Assembly: GCA_048538215.1 (NCBI GenBank)
Contig: JBLYPV010000001.1
Coordinates: 139,495 to 203,494 of the forward strand
DNA: 64,000 nt
Direction of reading: 5' to 3'
DNA from: Patescibacteria group bacterium
Lineage (GTDB): Bacteria; Patescibacteriota; Minisyncoccia; Phycocordibacterales; GCA-2747955
Under the pieces are notes generated by a model, which saw only the letters and a list, made by a program, of their open reading frames with translations, was not told the DNA's origin and searched no databases. Made by a program: the position numbers and the translations under genes. Shown here one piece after another: positions 41,082 through 49,906 of the stretch. The number at the start of each line of letters is the position of its first letter. Within the stretch, counting starts at the first letter, position 1.

Positions 41082-41153
41082 GGCCCCATCGTCTAACGGC
41101 TAGGACATCAGGTTCTCATCCTGGAAATCGGAGTTCGATTCTCCGTGGGGTCA
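41082..41153 (+). tRNA. tRNA-Glu(CTC)
   Basis: GGCCCCA...TGGGGTCA; anticodon arm TCAGG-TTCTCAT-CCTGG; GTTCGAT T-loop; TGcTATAAT promoter at 41020-41028. Confidence 0.95.
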
Positions 41154-42670
41154 CAAAACGAGACTTCGTCTCGACTTAAGGAACGCGCCGAAGGCGCACA
41201 AGAAAAAGTAGAAGCCAAAATATGCCGTCGCGACGCGACGAATTGGGACGGGACGGGTGCGCCGAAGCGCGCGGATTTGTCACGAACCAAGGGGTTCGTT
41301 CCGACTTTTTTGACGAAGGCGGCGATTTCGGAGAAATCATAGCTGGAGGATAAAAAGGTGGCTTGTTTCGTATCTAAAATCCACTCACGCAGGGGTTCGA
41401 CCCAATTATTTCCTTGGCGGGCAAAATCTTTCTTTTCCTGCTTCAAAGTCAGTGTGGCGCGCATGATTTCGTCTTTCTTTTTAAGATACAAGTCTTTTGG
41501 TATATCGCCATCTAAGTAACTCTCCACCAGCTTATCCATGCGTGCTTCACTGGCTTTGATACTATCTGAAAGATTTTGCACACCACTTTGCGATGCAGTA
41601 CTTTCCGCTTTCTCCCATTCCTCCACTTTACCAAGCATGTATGCGGTATACGCATCGCAAAGCGAAATTGTGTGAAGCTGTTCCTTTAGTTGGTCAACGA
41701 GAACGTCCTCGCGTACATACCCTTGGGAGCATGACCCTTTCTTTTTTGTGCAACGATAATAGCGATACTTTCCTCCGCACTTGCCCGTAGCCCACTGCGC
41801 GGTGATCATGCTCCCACACTCACCACACTCGAAAATACCAACAAACGGAAAATCATGCCTCACTTTCCGCTTACGAGGACGTTCACGCTCGACCAATACC
41901 TTTTGGACAGCTTCAAACAATTTCGAGGAAATGACTGGAACAAAGCTTCCATCAAACCACTCACCATGATGACTAACGAAACCGAGGTACGCACGATTGG
42001 TCAGCATGCGTTTGATGGAAGCTTTGGCAAGTGGCGTTCCTTTACCAGTCGTTACACCGTGAAGCGCCAAAAAGTCGGCGAGCGATACTAGTCCATGTTT
42101 ACCTGTGGCGTACTCCTCAAAAGCACGCACAATAATCTTGCTATGGACTGGATGAGGTTCGATATTCCGCGTACGCGGATTATTCACATAGCCAAATGGT
42201 GCTTTTGTGAGCCACTCACCTCGCCGAACTTTTTGGCGCATCCCTCTCTTCACATTCTGCGTCAGATTGTCTGAATAGTATTTCGACTGACCGAACGCCA
42301 CTTGCAACATAAAGAGCCCCTGCGGGGTGGGTTCAAACCAAGATGTCGGAAAGCGTAAAGACGACAGCTTGCTCGTATCTACCGCGTAGATGATGCGCCC
42401 ACCATCAATACTGTTTCTCGCCAAACGGTCAGGATGCCACGCTAAAACCGCGCTTGCTTCTCCCGCTTCAATGCGCGTCATCATCTCTGCAAATTGCTCA
42501 CGACCGGGAGTCTTTGCGCTTTTCGACTCTTGAAACTCCTTTAGGATTTCAAGATTTTCTTTACGCGCAAATTCACGCAATTCAAAAAGTTGTGCCTCAA
42601 TAGACATGACCTGCTTATCATCATCTTCTTTTGATTTGCGAGCGTATAGAAAATATTTTGGTTTGGACAT
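41108..42670 (-). CDS. large serine recombinase (resolvase + recombinase + Zn-ribbon + coiled coil); last codons read antisense through tRNA-Glu
   Basis: YARKS catalytic Ser, DRLARN, PFGY, CGECG..YYRC...C; start placed at ATG 42670. Confidence 0.95.
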   Translation of the reverse strand: MSKPKYFLYARKSKEDDDKQVMSIEAQLFELREFARKENLEILKEFQESKSAKTPGREQFAEMMTRIEAGEASAVLAWHPDRLARNSIDGGRIIYAVDTSKLSSLRFPTSWFEPTPQGLFMLQVAFGQSKYYSDNLTQNVKRGMRQKVRRGEWLTKAPFGYVNNPRTRNIEPHPVHSKIIVRAFEEYATGKHGLVSLADFLALHGVTTGKGTPLAKASIKRMLTNRAYLGFVSHHGEWFDGSFVPVISSKLFEAVQKVLVERERPRKRKVRHDFPFVGIFECGECGSMITAQWATGKCGGKYRYYRCTKKKGSCSQGYVREDVLVDQLKEQLHTISLCDAYTAYMLGKVEEWEKAESTASQSGVQNLSDSIKASEARMDKLVESYLDGDIPKDLYLKKKDEIMRATLTLKQEKKDFARQGNNWVEPLREWILDTKQATFLSSSYDFSEIAAFVKKVGTNPLVRDKSARFGAPVPSQFVASRRHILASTFSCAPSARSLSRDEVSFCDPTENRTPISRMRT

Positions 42671-43167
42671 ATATAAAGGTTTTAGATACGAAACAAGGAC
42701 AAATCCGCGCGCTTCGGCGCACCCGTCCCGTCCCAATTCGTCGCGGAGCGACGAGGTATTTTGCCTGCCTGTTCTGCTCGCGCGCCTTTGGCGCGCTCGC
42801 TGACTTCGTTAGAAGTCTCGTTTTGTGATGAATTACTACATGTTGCTCGAACCCATTTTGAACAATCGCGAAGCGATTGATCTTCGCACGCGCCGCGCGC
42901 GTTGTGGCTTTGAACCAAATCGTACGCTCCGATTGCGTGGTGATTCTGCGCGCCTCGCTGCCTCGCTCCTCCCCAGACCTTTCTAAAAGAAAGTAAGGAA
43001 ATTTTTTATTTTTACATGCACGCAGAGCAAGCATCCAAGGAGCGTTCAAGAGTCGCTACGCACGCAGAGCGTGCGATATAGTTCAAAGCCACCACGCGCT
43101 TCGCGCGTGCAAACTCAATCGCTTCGTGATGTGGAATAAGTTAGAGTAAAGGATATGATTTCATCAC
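41151..43167. mobile_element. minimal integrative element at the tRNA-Glu 3' end
   Basis: TCAC core at 41151-41154 and 43164-43167; recombinase tail stranded at 43115-43167; GC-richer than flanks; joining the ends puts the 43175 terminator directly behind the tRNA. Confidence 0.8.
42698..42947 (+). repeat. internal inverted copy of the element's attP region
   Basis: 42698-42828 is the reverse complement of 41151-41281 (131 bp, gap-free, about 105/131 identical by hand count); 42825-42947 is a diverged reverse complement of about 43049-43167. Confidence 0.9.
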
Positions 43168-43174
43168 TAACATG

Positions 43175-43205
43175 GAAAAAGCCATACTAATGTATGGCTT
43201 TTTTC
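43175..43205. terminator. bidirectional terminator (ancestral tRNA-Glu / DEAD helicase)
   Basis: gaaaaagccatac-taat-gtatggctttttt. Confidence 0.8.
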
Positions 43206-43241
43206 TATGTATAATGGCAAATATGATCAGATGCACCCTGC

Positions 43242-44468
43242 TTACTCCGCTACAAAAGTAAGCGCCTGGCCTCGCTCTGCCCCACGCCCGGTACGGCCAA
43301 TGCGGTGTACATAATCTTCAAAGGTAGAAGGTAAATCATAATTAATCACATGAGATACATTATCTACATGGATTCCTCGTGCTGCTACATCTGTAGCTAC
43401 AAGTACCCGCGAATCCCCTGCTTTGAATCGCTTGAGTGATCGCTGGCGCTGAGTATGATTTTTATTACCGTGAATTGATTCTGCTTTGATTCCACTATCA
43501 CATAATTGATTAGATAGATTCTCTACACTATGCTTCATAGCTCCAAAAATAATCACTCGACTAAAGTCATCCTGCTTAAGTAAATCAACCAGTACATCGT
43601 ATTTCGCATCCCGACCAAATCGCACTACATCTTGAGCAATGCTGTCTGTTACATCTTTTTTCTTGACCGAAATTGTAATTGGATTCTTCATAAAATCCCC
43701 AATTAGCTCCTTTGTCTTTCTATCCATGGTAGCTGAGAAGAAGAGATTCTGACGATTGTCTGTCAATTCACTTAAAATAGCTCGCATATCATGAATAAAG
43801 CCCATATCAAGCATTCTATCTGCTTCATCCAAGACTACGGAGTCAATTCGATCCACTGGGATCAAGCCCCGTGATTGCAAATCCTTTATCCGGCCTGGAG
43901 TACCAATTATAAATTGATTAGTTCTTCGTAAACCACGAATTTGTGGGCCGATGCTCGTACCTCCTACACATACGGTAGAAAAGTATCGAAAATATTTAGA
44001 TAGCAATCGTAATTCGCTATCTATTTGAATAGCAAGCTCACGAGTAGGAGTAAGGATGAGCGTAGTACCACGATGATTATGCTTGCGTCGCTCAATCAAA
44101 GGAATCAGGAAAGCAGCTGTCTTACCTGTACCTGTTTCGGCAACACCTACTATATCCTTGCCATCTAAAATAGCTGGAATTGCTTGATCTTGAATGGGTG
44201 ATGGTGTCTTTATCTGCATTTCTTCTAATGCTCGCTTAAGCTTGTCATCTATAACAAAATCAGCAAAAGCATGCTGGGGAGTATATACCTCCTCTACCGC
44301 TTCTGTAGGATTAGTATTAATAAATCGAGTAGGATCAAATGTAGGCATAGTTCTCTGTCTACCTCCTCGTCGATTAGATGAATATGAGCGTCTGTTCCCT
44401 CCCCCTCTCTGTGCATAGGCACCTCTTGAGGCATGCGGACGCACTCGTCGTTGTTGTGTTGTGTACAT
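43242..44468 (-). CDS. DEAD-box RNA helicase
   Basis: Q motif, AETGTGKT, PTRELA, DEAD, SAT, HRIGRTGR. Confidence 0.97.
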   Translation of the reverse strand: MYTTQQRRVRPHASRGAYAQRGGGNRRSYSSNRRGGRQRTMPTFDPTRFINTNPTEAVEEVYTPQHAFADFVIDDKLKRALEEMQIKTPSPIQDQAIPAILDGKDIVGVAETGTGKTAAFLIPLIERRKHNHRGTTLILTPTRELAIQIDSELRLLSKYFRYFSTVCVGGTSIGPQIRGLRRTNQFIIGTPGRIKDLQSRGLIPVDRIDSVVLDEADRMLDMGFIHDMRAILSELTDNRQNLFFSATMDRKTKELIGDFMKNPITISVKKKDVTDSIAQDVVRFGRDAKYDVLVDLLKQDDFSRVIIFGAMKHSVENLSNQLCDSGIKAESIHGNKNHTQRQRSLKRFKAGDSRVLVATDVAARGIHVDNVSHVINYDLPSTFEDYVHRIGRTGRGAERGQALTFVAE

Positions 44469-44661
44469 ATATAATATTATTTAGTGAGTACAATATTAAT
44501 TATATGTACTCATTATTTTTGAGTGCAGGTGGTAATAAGAGACAAGATAGGATCGTGTCGGCACTAATGAGCCCTACACGAGTTTCAATAGTCGTACCAT
44601 AATGCTATACAAAAGTAGAAAAGTCAAGCTCGTAGTGTGGAATAACTATATCTTTATGATA

Positions 44662-44751
44662 TGGCGGAGGAGGAGGGATTCGAACCCTCGATGCGGGTTA
44701 GCGCATACTCGATTTCGAATCGAGCGCATTCAGCCTCTCTGCCACTCCTCC
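44662..44751 (-). tRNA. tRNA-Ser(CGA)
   Basis: GGAGGAG...CTCCTCCGCCA; anticodon arm CTCGA-TTCGAAA-TCGAG; long variable arm; CCA encoded. Confidence 0.95.
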
Positions 44752-44788
44752 ATATTTACTTTCCTGATACTTTATCAAATTTATTTAT

Positions 44789-46102
44789 TCAATCAATCTC
44801 TTTGATATCTTTAATACGCTCATTCTGCTGGGGATCAATTAAAAAGCCTTTCAAATCCTTCCGCCCTATAATTACATCACTACGTAAGTGCTCCCTATCA
44901 GTGACAGAAATAAGTGTAGGAATTTTTCTATTTTTAATCGAGAGTACCACTTCAGCTGTTTCACGAATAGCAGTACCTGTCGCGCTACGCACATGGATCA
45001 TTCTTGGTGTAGTCTCGAGCTTTAGTTTATTTGCAAGTTCTTGGTCAATCGAAGTGCGATAAGCCCCCGTATCTATCTTTGCTTCTATTTGTACATCTTT
45101 GCCGTTTTGCGGATTAAAAATCCCAACTTGCTCAAAGATGCCGATTATATTTGCATTCTTATCTTTTGATACTTTTTGTGAAAAATTTTCTGTAAATAAA
45201 TTTTTCCCAATTTCTATACCTCGTTTTATATCTGGTTTTGGGGTAATATTTGTCACACGCTTTAATCGTTCCCAAAGAGAAGCTCGACACACAGATTGAA
45301 TAGACAGTCCTGGTCGAGCATTAATTTCAATAACTAACGGACCTTTGTTTTTATCCAAAATTATATCAATACCTGCAAAGCCAAGCTTGCTAGCATTTGC
45401 TGATTGTACAGCTTGTTCTAATACCTCCTCCCACATTGGTATTTTTATACCTCTAAGTTTTATACGCGTACCAGGAAATAATCTAATAGTTTTGCCTCGT
45501 TGCCAACCGCTTGTAGTAATACCTGTTGATATATCGATCCCAAGCCCCACTGCGCCTTGAGTCAAATTGGCCTTGCCTTCTGAGATTATTGTTGGTATTC
45601 TCATCATTGCCATTACAGGCACTCCAGAAAATACGATAACCCTAATATCAGGCGTGCCGTATATGGGGATTTTCTTAAAAAACTTCATAGGCACAATTCG
45701 CTCTTCAATAAAAGCTTTATCTGCCAAGGAACTAAGCGAAAACATTCCCATAATGATATCGAAGATGTGTGATTCTAAGTCCTGTACACTAATATGCTCT
45801 CCATCCTCTGTAATACCTGATATTCCATCCCACTTTTTTACTAAAATTATTCCACCTCCTCCATACCCTCTCGCTGGTTTTACCACAAAACTTTTGGGTA
45901 ATTGATACCAATCAAAATCTCTTACATTTTTAACAGAATTAAAACTTGCTAATAGTGCTGGAGTATTGAGTCCCTTTTGTAAAAGTAAACGCTTTGTTTT
46001 CAGTTTATCATCTGCATTTTGTTTAGCATGCGATTTATTATATGGCAAAATGTACAAAAAATTGCGCGCATTCATTCCTAGGGGTGGTTGGCTGCCATTC
46101 AT
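44789..46102 (-). CDS. alpha-L-glutamate ligase-like (sugar-transfer-associated) ATP-grasp protein fused to a RimK-associated aspartyl-type peptidase domain
   Basis: LGMNARN, DDKL.TK, FVVKP..G.GG.GI, GKANL.QGA, IEINARPGL.IQ; C-terminal AKIDTGA.RTSID...IGR. Confidence 0.88.
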   Translation of the reverse strand: MNGSQPPLGMNARNFLYILPYNKSHAKQNADDKLKTKRLLLQKGLNTPALLASFNSVKNVRDFDWYQLPKSFVVKPARGYGGGGIILVKKWDGISGITEDGEHISVQDLESHIFDIIMGMFSLSSLADKAFIEERIVPMKFFKKIPIYGTPDIRVIVFSGVPVMAMMRIPTIISEGKANLTQGAVGLGIDISTGITTSGWQRGKTIRLFPGTRIKLRGIKIPMWEEVLEQAVQSANASKLGFAGIDIILDKNKGPLVIEINARPGLSIQSVCRASLWERLKRVTNITPKPDIKRGIEIGKNLFTENFSQKVSKDKNANIIGIFEQVGIFNPQNGKDVQIEAKIDTGAYRTSIDQELANKLKLETTPRMIHVRSATGTAIRETAEVVLSIKNRKIPTLISVTDREHLRSDVIIGRKDLKGFLIDPQQNERIKDIKEID

Positions 46103-46105
46103 ATA

Positions 46106-46966
46106 TTATCTTGATTTTAGAAGATCTCTAAAACGAAATCGCTCCATTAAACGTAAGCCAAAAAATCGACCTATGTAGATATTAAGTGGAATCAATAACA
46201 ATATCATTTCGGGATAATTGATTAAAAAAATGCGAGCTGATTCCCACAGTAATAAGTAATACCCACCAATTCCTAATATAAGAGTAGTGAATACCGTATT
46301 CCATGCGTGTCCAGGATGAGAATCAAATTGCAGTCGTACAATCCGCTCTGACATAATAATCAAAAGCAAAACAGGAACTACTGATATTGATGATACAGGA
46401 ACAATCCCCCAGGCTGCAAAAGCAAAAAGTGCAAATAAGACAGCAATAGATACAAATAACATAGAGAGAGTAATTTTGGGTTGTTGCATAATTCGTACTT
46501 TACGAAATACCATACGAGCTACGATTGAAGCTATTAAAATTACTGCCAAGAGCAATACGCCAATTACTATATTTGATGCTAAAAGTGCAATAGAAAAAGA
46601 GATAACCACAAGTGTATCAAGGCTGGGTAAGCCAATTAAGTTTCTTGAAATAGTAACCAGTGTGGCAAGTACGGGTATCATCATAGTAAGCACAAGGGTC
46701 TCTACAGGAATCCCATACTCTACAGCTTGCGAAAGTCCATAGGTAAAAAAATTAGTAAATTTTAGTGTACTAACATCACGAGTAAATACTTCTTCGCTAC
46801 TTTTTTCTCCAGGAACAAGAAGTGGTTCGTGCTCAGTAAATCCAGGAAGCGTCCAAATAGATGTAAAGCCACTGTTTGTAACTTTTGCATCTGAATCCGC
46901 CTGTGCTAATAATACACTTGGGCTTGATAATAAAACTAATACTACAAGCACATAAAGTTTATTCAT
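46106..46966 (-). CDS. 7TM_transglut-like membrane protein
   Basis: IPVLATLV...RNLIG, P....I.MSER, IGRFFGLRLMERFRF; adjacent to the ATP-grasp ligase. Confidence 0.82.
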   Translation of the reverse strand: MNKLYVLVVLVLLSSPSVLLAQADSDAKVTNSGFTSIWTLPGFTEHEPLLVPGEKSSEEVFTRDVSTLKFTNFFTYGLSQAVEYGIPVETLVLTMMIPVLATLVTISRNLIGLPSLDTLVVISFSIALLASNIVIGVLLLAVILIASIVARMVFRKVRIMQQPKITLSMLFVSIAVLFALFAFAAWGIVPVSSISVVPVLLLIIMSERIVRLQFDSHPGHAWNTVFTTLILGIGGYYLLLWESARIFLINYPEMILLLIPLNIYIGRFFGLRLMERFRFRDLLKSR

Positions 46967-47044
46967 GTCCCCTATTGTAAAAAAAGAAAACCCACTAGCC
47001 AAGTGGGTGTTTCTTGCGTATTTTTTTAGATATGATAGCTCATA

Positions 47045-47488
47045 CTACTGTTCTCGTAATATTTTTTCTGCACCGAGAACCACCATTTTAGCAATCTCAT
47101 CTTGCGAAGAGTGCACAAGCTTTTCTTTAAGGTGCTCCCCTTTGTGCTCTGCTTCTTTAAGAATCTCTTCAGCCCGTGTATTTGCTCCCATAATAATATC
47201 AGCTTCTCTTTTCTTGGCCGTATCGACTGCTTGTTTTATCTCTTGGCTAGCCTCCTCCCCTGCTTTTTGCAGTATATCCATTTTCTCTGCCTCAGCTTTT
47301 TCTAAAGTGGCTTGAGCTTGCTCGGCATTCTCTACTCCTTCCCTGATAGTCTCTGAGCGCTCATCGAGTAATTGTGATATCTTACGGAAAATAAAATAAT
47401 ATAAAATTCCTAAAATAATCAAAAAATTAATAATTTCAGCAATAAATATTTTTGGGTCTAATCCGAATTGTCCTATAATTTCTTGCAT
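47045..47488 (-). CDS. atpF: ATP synthase Fo subunit b
   Basis: EIINFLI..LY, LDER...I..G...A coiled coil. Confidence 0.93.
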   Translation of the reverse strand: MQEIIGQFGLDPKIFIAEIINFLIILGILYYFIFRKISQLLDERSETIREGVENAEQAQATLEKAEAEKMDILQKAGEEASQEIKQAVDTAKKREADIIMGANTRAEEILKEAEHKGEHLKEKLVHSSQDEIAKMVVLGAEKILREQ

Positions 47489-47505
47489 AGAATTTGCAAT
47501 TTATC

Positions 47506-47709
47506 TTACAGTACAAAAAATAGTCCGATAGCGGCAAGTCCAAAAAGCTCTACCATACCTGCCCCAACAAACATAAAAGGAATTATTTTCCCGCTTGCTT
47601 CTGGATTGCGAGCTATCCCCTCGAGTGACTTTGAAAAAATCATAGCTACTCCGATAGCGGGCCCTAATACACCAAATCCTACTATAATTGCTTGTGCCAA
47701 TGTTTCCAT
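47506..47709 (-). CDS. atpE: ATP synthase Fo subunit c
   Basis: ARNPE loop; conserved Glu in helix 2 (MVELFGL). Confidence 0.96.
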   Translation of the reverse strand: METLAQAIIVGFGVLGPAIGVAMIFSKSLEGIARNPEASGKIIPFMFVGAGMVELFGLAAIGLFFVL

Positions 47710-47851
47710 ATCTATATCGTTTACATATTTAATAATACCAAGCTATTGTAGCAAACGAGGGCGAAGTTTCAAACACAAAAGTGAGAATTCCTAGGCCTTC
47801 ATTAAACAATACGAAGGGTTTATGATTTTGATTGTACTCTCTCATTTACCT

Positions 47852-48709
47852 CTAGTGAGGCTCATCTGTAGCGAGCTTGACATAGATAATAGTAAGTAGA
47901 GCAAAGATACCCGCTTGCAGAAATGCCACGAAAATTTCAAACAGAATAAGTGGTACAGGAAGAATAAAGTGTACTGTGTGTGATACGAGCAATAGCAAAA
48001 TTCCTCCCACCAAAATATTTCCAAAAAGTCGGAATGAGAGAGATACAAGCTTAGCTGCCTCAGATACAAGCTCAATAAGCCCTAGTGGTATAGAAAGTGG
48101 CTTTCTAATATTGATAAACTTACTTCCATAGCGAAACAAGCCGAGCACAAAAATACCCGTAATTTGCACAAAAATAAACGCCGTCAGTGCCAAGGCGATG
48201 GTCATATTCAAATCCGAATGCAGTGGCTTAAATAAGAGCTCATCATTGAATGTGATTGATTCTGATCCTGGGATAAATTTTATAAGATTAAAAAATACTA
48301 TAAAGATAAAAAGTGATGCTACCAAAGGAAATGTTTTCTTAGAAATAGCCTCATTTTCTATAATTGAATTTGTAAATTCGTATCCTTTTTCTACTAGTAG
48401 CTCAAAAAGGGATTGTATTCTACTGGGAATAGTCTTGATCCGTAATGAAAAAATCAATACAAATATAACTAAAATCAAACTACCTACCAAAGAAGTGATC
48501 ATCGAATTGGTAATTGGAAAATTACCTATCATTCCAAAGTGCTGCGCCTTTAATGCTACCTCAAATTCTGAATGATCCGCATCTTGATTTATGTGTACAC
48601 TGCTTGTTGCTATGCTCTCGCCTTGGCTATCTTCTGTAGATTCCGGATCAAAAAGCGTAGTATTCAATACTCCTTCACCAGAATTTGTAGCTATACTTGT
48701 ACTAATCAT
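47852..48709 (-). CDS. atpB: ATP synthase Fo subunit a
   Basis: SLSFRLFGN, FVAFLQAGIF.LLT..Y. Confidence 0.96.
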   Translation of the reverse strand: MISTSIATNSGEGVLNTTLFDPESTEDSQGESIATSSVHINQDADHSEFEVALKAQHFGMIGNFPITNSMITSLVGSLILVIFVLIFSLRIKTIPSRIQSLFELLVEKGYEFTNSIIENEAISKKTFPLVASLFIFIVFFNLIKFIPGSESITFNDELLFKPLHSDLNMTIALALTAFIFVQITGIFVLGLFRYGSKFINIRKPLSIPLGLIELVSEAAKLVSLSFRLFGNILVGGILLLLVSHTVHFILPVPLILFEIFVAFLQAGIFALLTIIYVKLATDEPH

Positions 48710-48751
48710 ATCACGCGCTATTGTATCACAATCACTTTCCCCTTAAAGCTA

Positions 48752-49906
48752 TTAAAATTCACGTAGGCGATCTGAATCACTACTTTGGCGAATTCGTTCG
48801 TGTGCCTTTGCCTCAATTTGACGAATACGTTCACGAGTCACGCCGAATTCCCTCCCCACTTCTTCAAGAGTGTGAAATATTCCATCTTCCAAGCCATGTC
48901 TCATCTCAAGAATTTTCCGCTCTTTATCAGATAAAGTATCCAATACTTCCAAAATTTGTTTTCTCAAAAGCTTTTGATCTGCTTCCTCCTCAGGTGAGAG
49001 CAAGCGATCCCCCGCTGAAGATTCATTGGAGATAAAATCACCAAGGGTAGACTTACCCTCTTCATTATCATTAGCTACTGGAGTTTCCAGTGACACGGTG
49101 ACCTGATCGATCTGCATAATATGGTGCACTTTGTCTAAATCAAGCTCCATTTCCTCAGCAATTTCTTCTGGCATCGGTGATCGCCCCAAGTGCTGTGAAA
49201 GTTGGCGTACAATCTGCTTGTATTTGGTAATAGTCTCCACCATATGTACGGGAATACGAATAGTCTTTGATTGATCAGCGAGGGCTCGAGTGACTGCCTG
49301 ACGAATCCACCAGGTAGCGTAGGTAGAAAATTTGTATCCTTTTTCCCATTCAAACTTATCCACCGCCTTAAACAAGCCGATATTCCCCTCCTGAATTAAA
49401 TCTAAAAGAGTCAGATCGGGCGAGCGCCCAACATACTTTTTTGCAATTGATACTACTAATCGTAAATTTGCTCGAGCAAGCTCATTTTTTGCTTCCTCGT
49501 CTCCTTTTTCAATTCGCTTAGCTAGCTCCACCTCTTTCTTTGCATCAATCAAATCGTACTTCCCTATCTCTTTGAGATACATTTGCACCGAATCATATTT
49601 CTTGTCTTTGTTTTTTTCTTCCTCTTGAGCTTCAGCTGCTGCCATATCCAAGAGACCACCACCTGTTTCTAGTATTTCGGTGAGAGTATCTGAGTATCCC
49701 TCTTCCTCGAGCTCTTCTTCTAAGTCTTCTAAATCTTCTAAATCCGGCTCTTCTTTATCAAACATATCCTCATCAGACACTATTTCATCATCTTTCTTGT
49801 CTTCGTCTACTGTCGGGATATTCTTTTTCTTTGTACTTTCTTTTTGTAAAGCTTTACTTTTAGTTTTATTTGCCGTGGTCGTCTTTTTTGTTTGTTTTAT
49901 TGCCAT
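48752..49906 (-). CDS. rpoD: RNA polymerase primary sigma factor
   Basis: [52 protein letters not shown]. Confidence 0.97.
   Translation of the reverse strand: MAIKQTKKTTTANKTKSKALQKESTKKKNIPTVDEDKKDDEIVSDEDMFDKEEPDLEDLEDLEEELEEEGYSDTLTEILETGGGLLDMAAAEAQEEEKNKDKKYDSVQMYLKEIGKYDLIDAKKEVELAKRIEKGDEEAKNELARANLRLVVSIAKKYVGRSPDLTLLDLIQEGNIGLFKAVDKFEWEKGYKFSTYATWWIRQAVTRALADQSKTIRIPVHMVETITKYKQIVRQLSQHLGRSPMPEEIAEEMELDLDKVHHIMQIDQVTVSLETPVANDNEEGKSTLGDFISNESSAGDRLLSPEEEADQKLLRKQILEVLDTLSDKERKILEMRHGLEDGIFHTLEEVGREFGVTRERIRQIEAKAHERIRQSSDSDRLREF

Noticed and set aside
41151-42828. Repeat pair as a DGR template/variable region
   Set aside because: Mismatches are not restricted to adenines on either strand, and no reverse transcriptase is present in the window.
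42606-43049. Short ORFs 42621-43049(-), 42682-42918(-), 42606-42803(+), 42631-42828(+) and the 22-aa N-terminal extension of the recombinase
   Set aside because: They are by-products of the GC-rich inverted att copy; recombinase homology begins at MSKPKYFLYARKS.
44602-45062. ORFs overlapping tRNA-Ser
   Set aside because: Antisense tRNA translation artefacts; no integrase or duplicated tRNA end is seen here.
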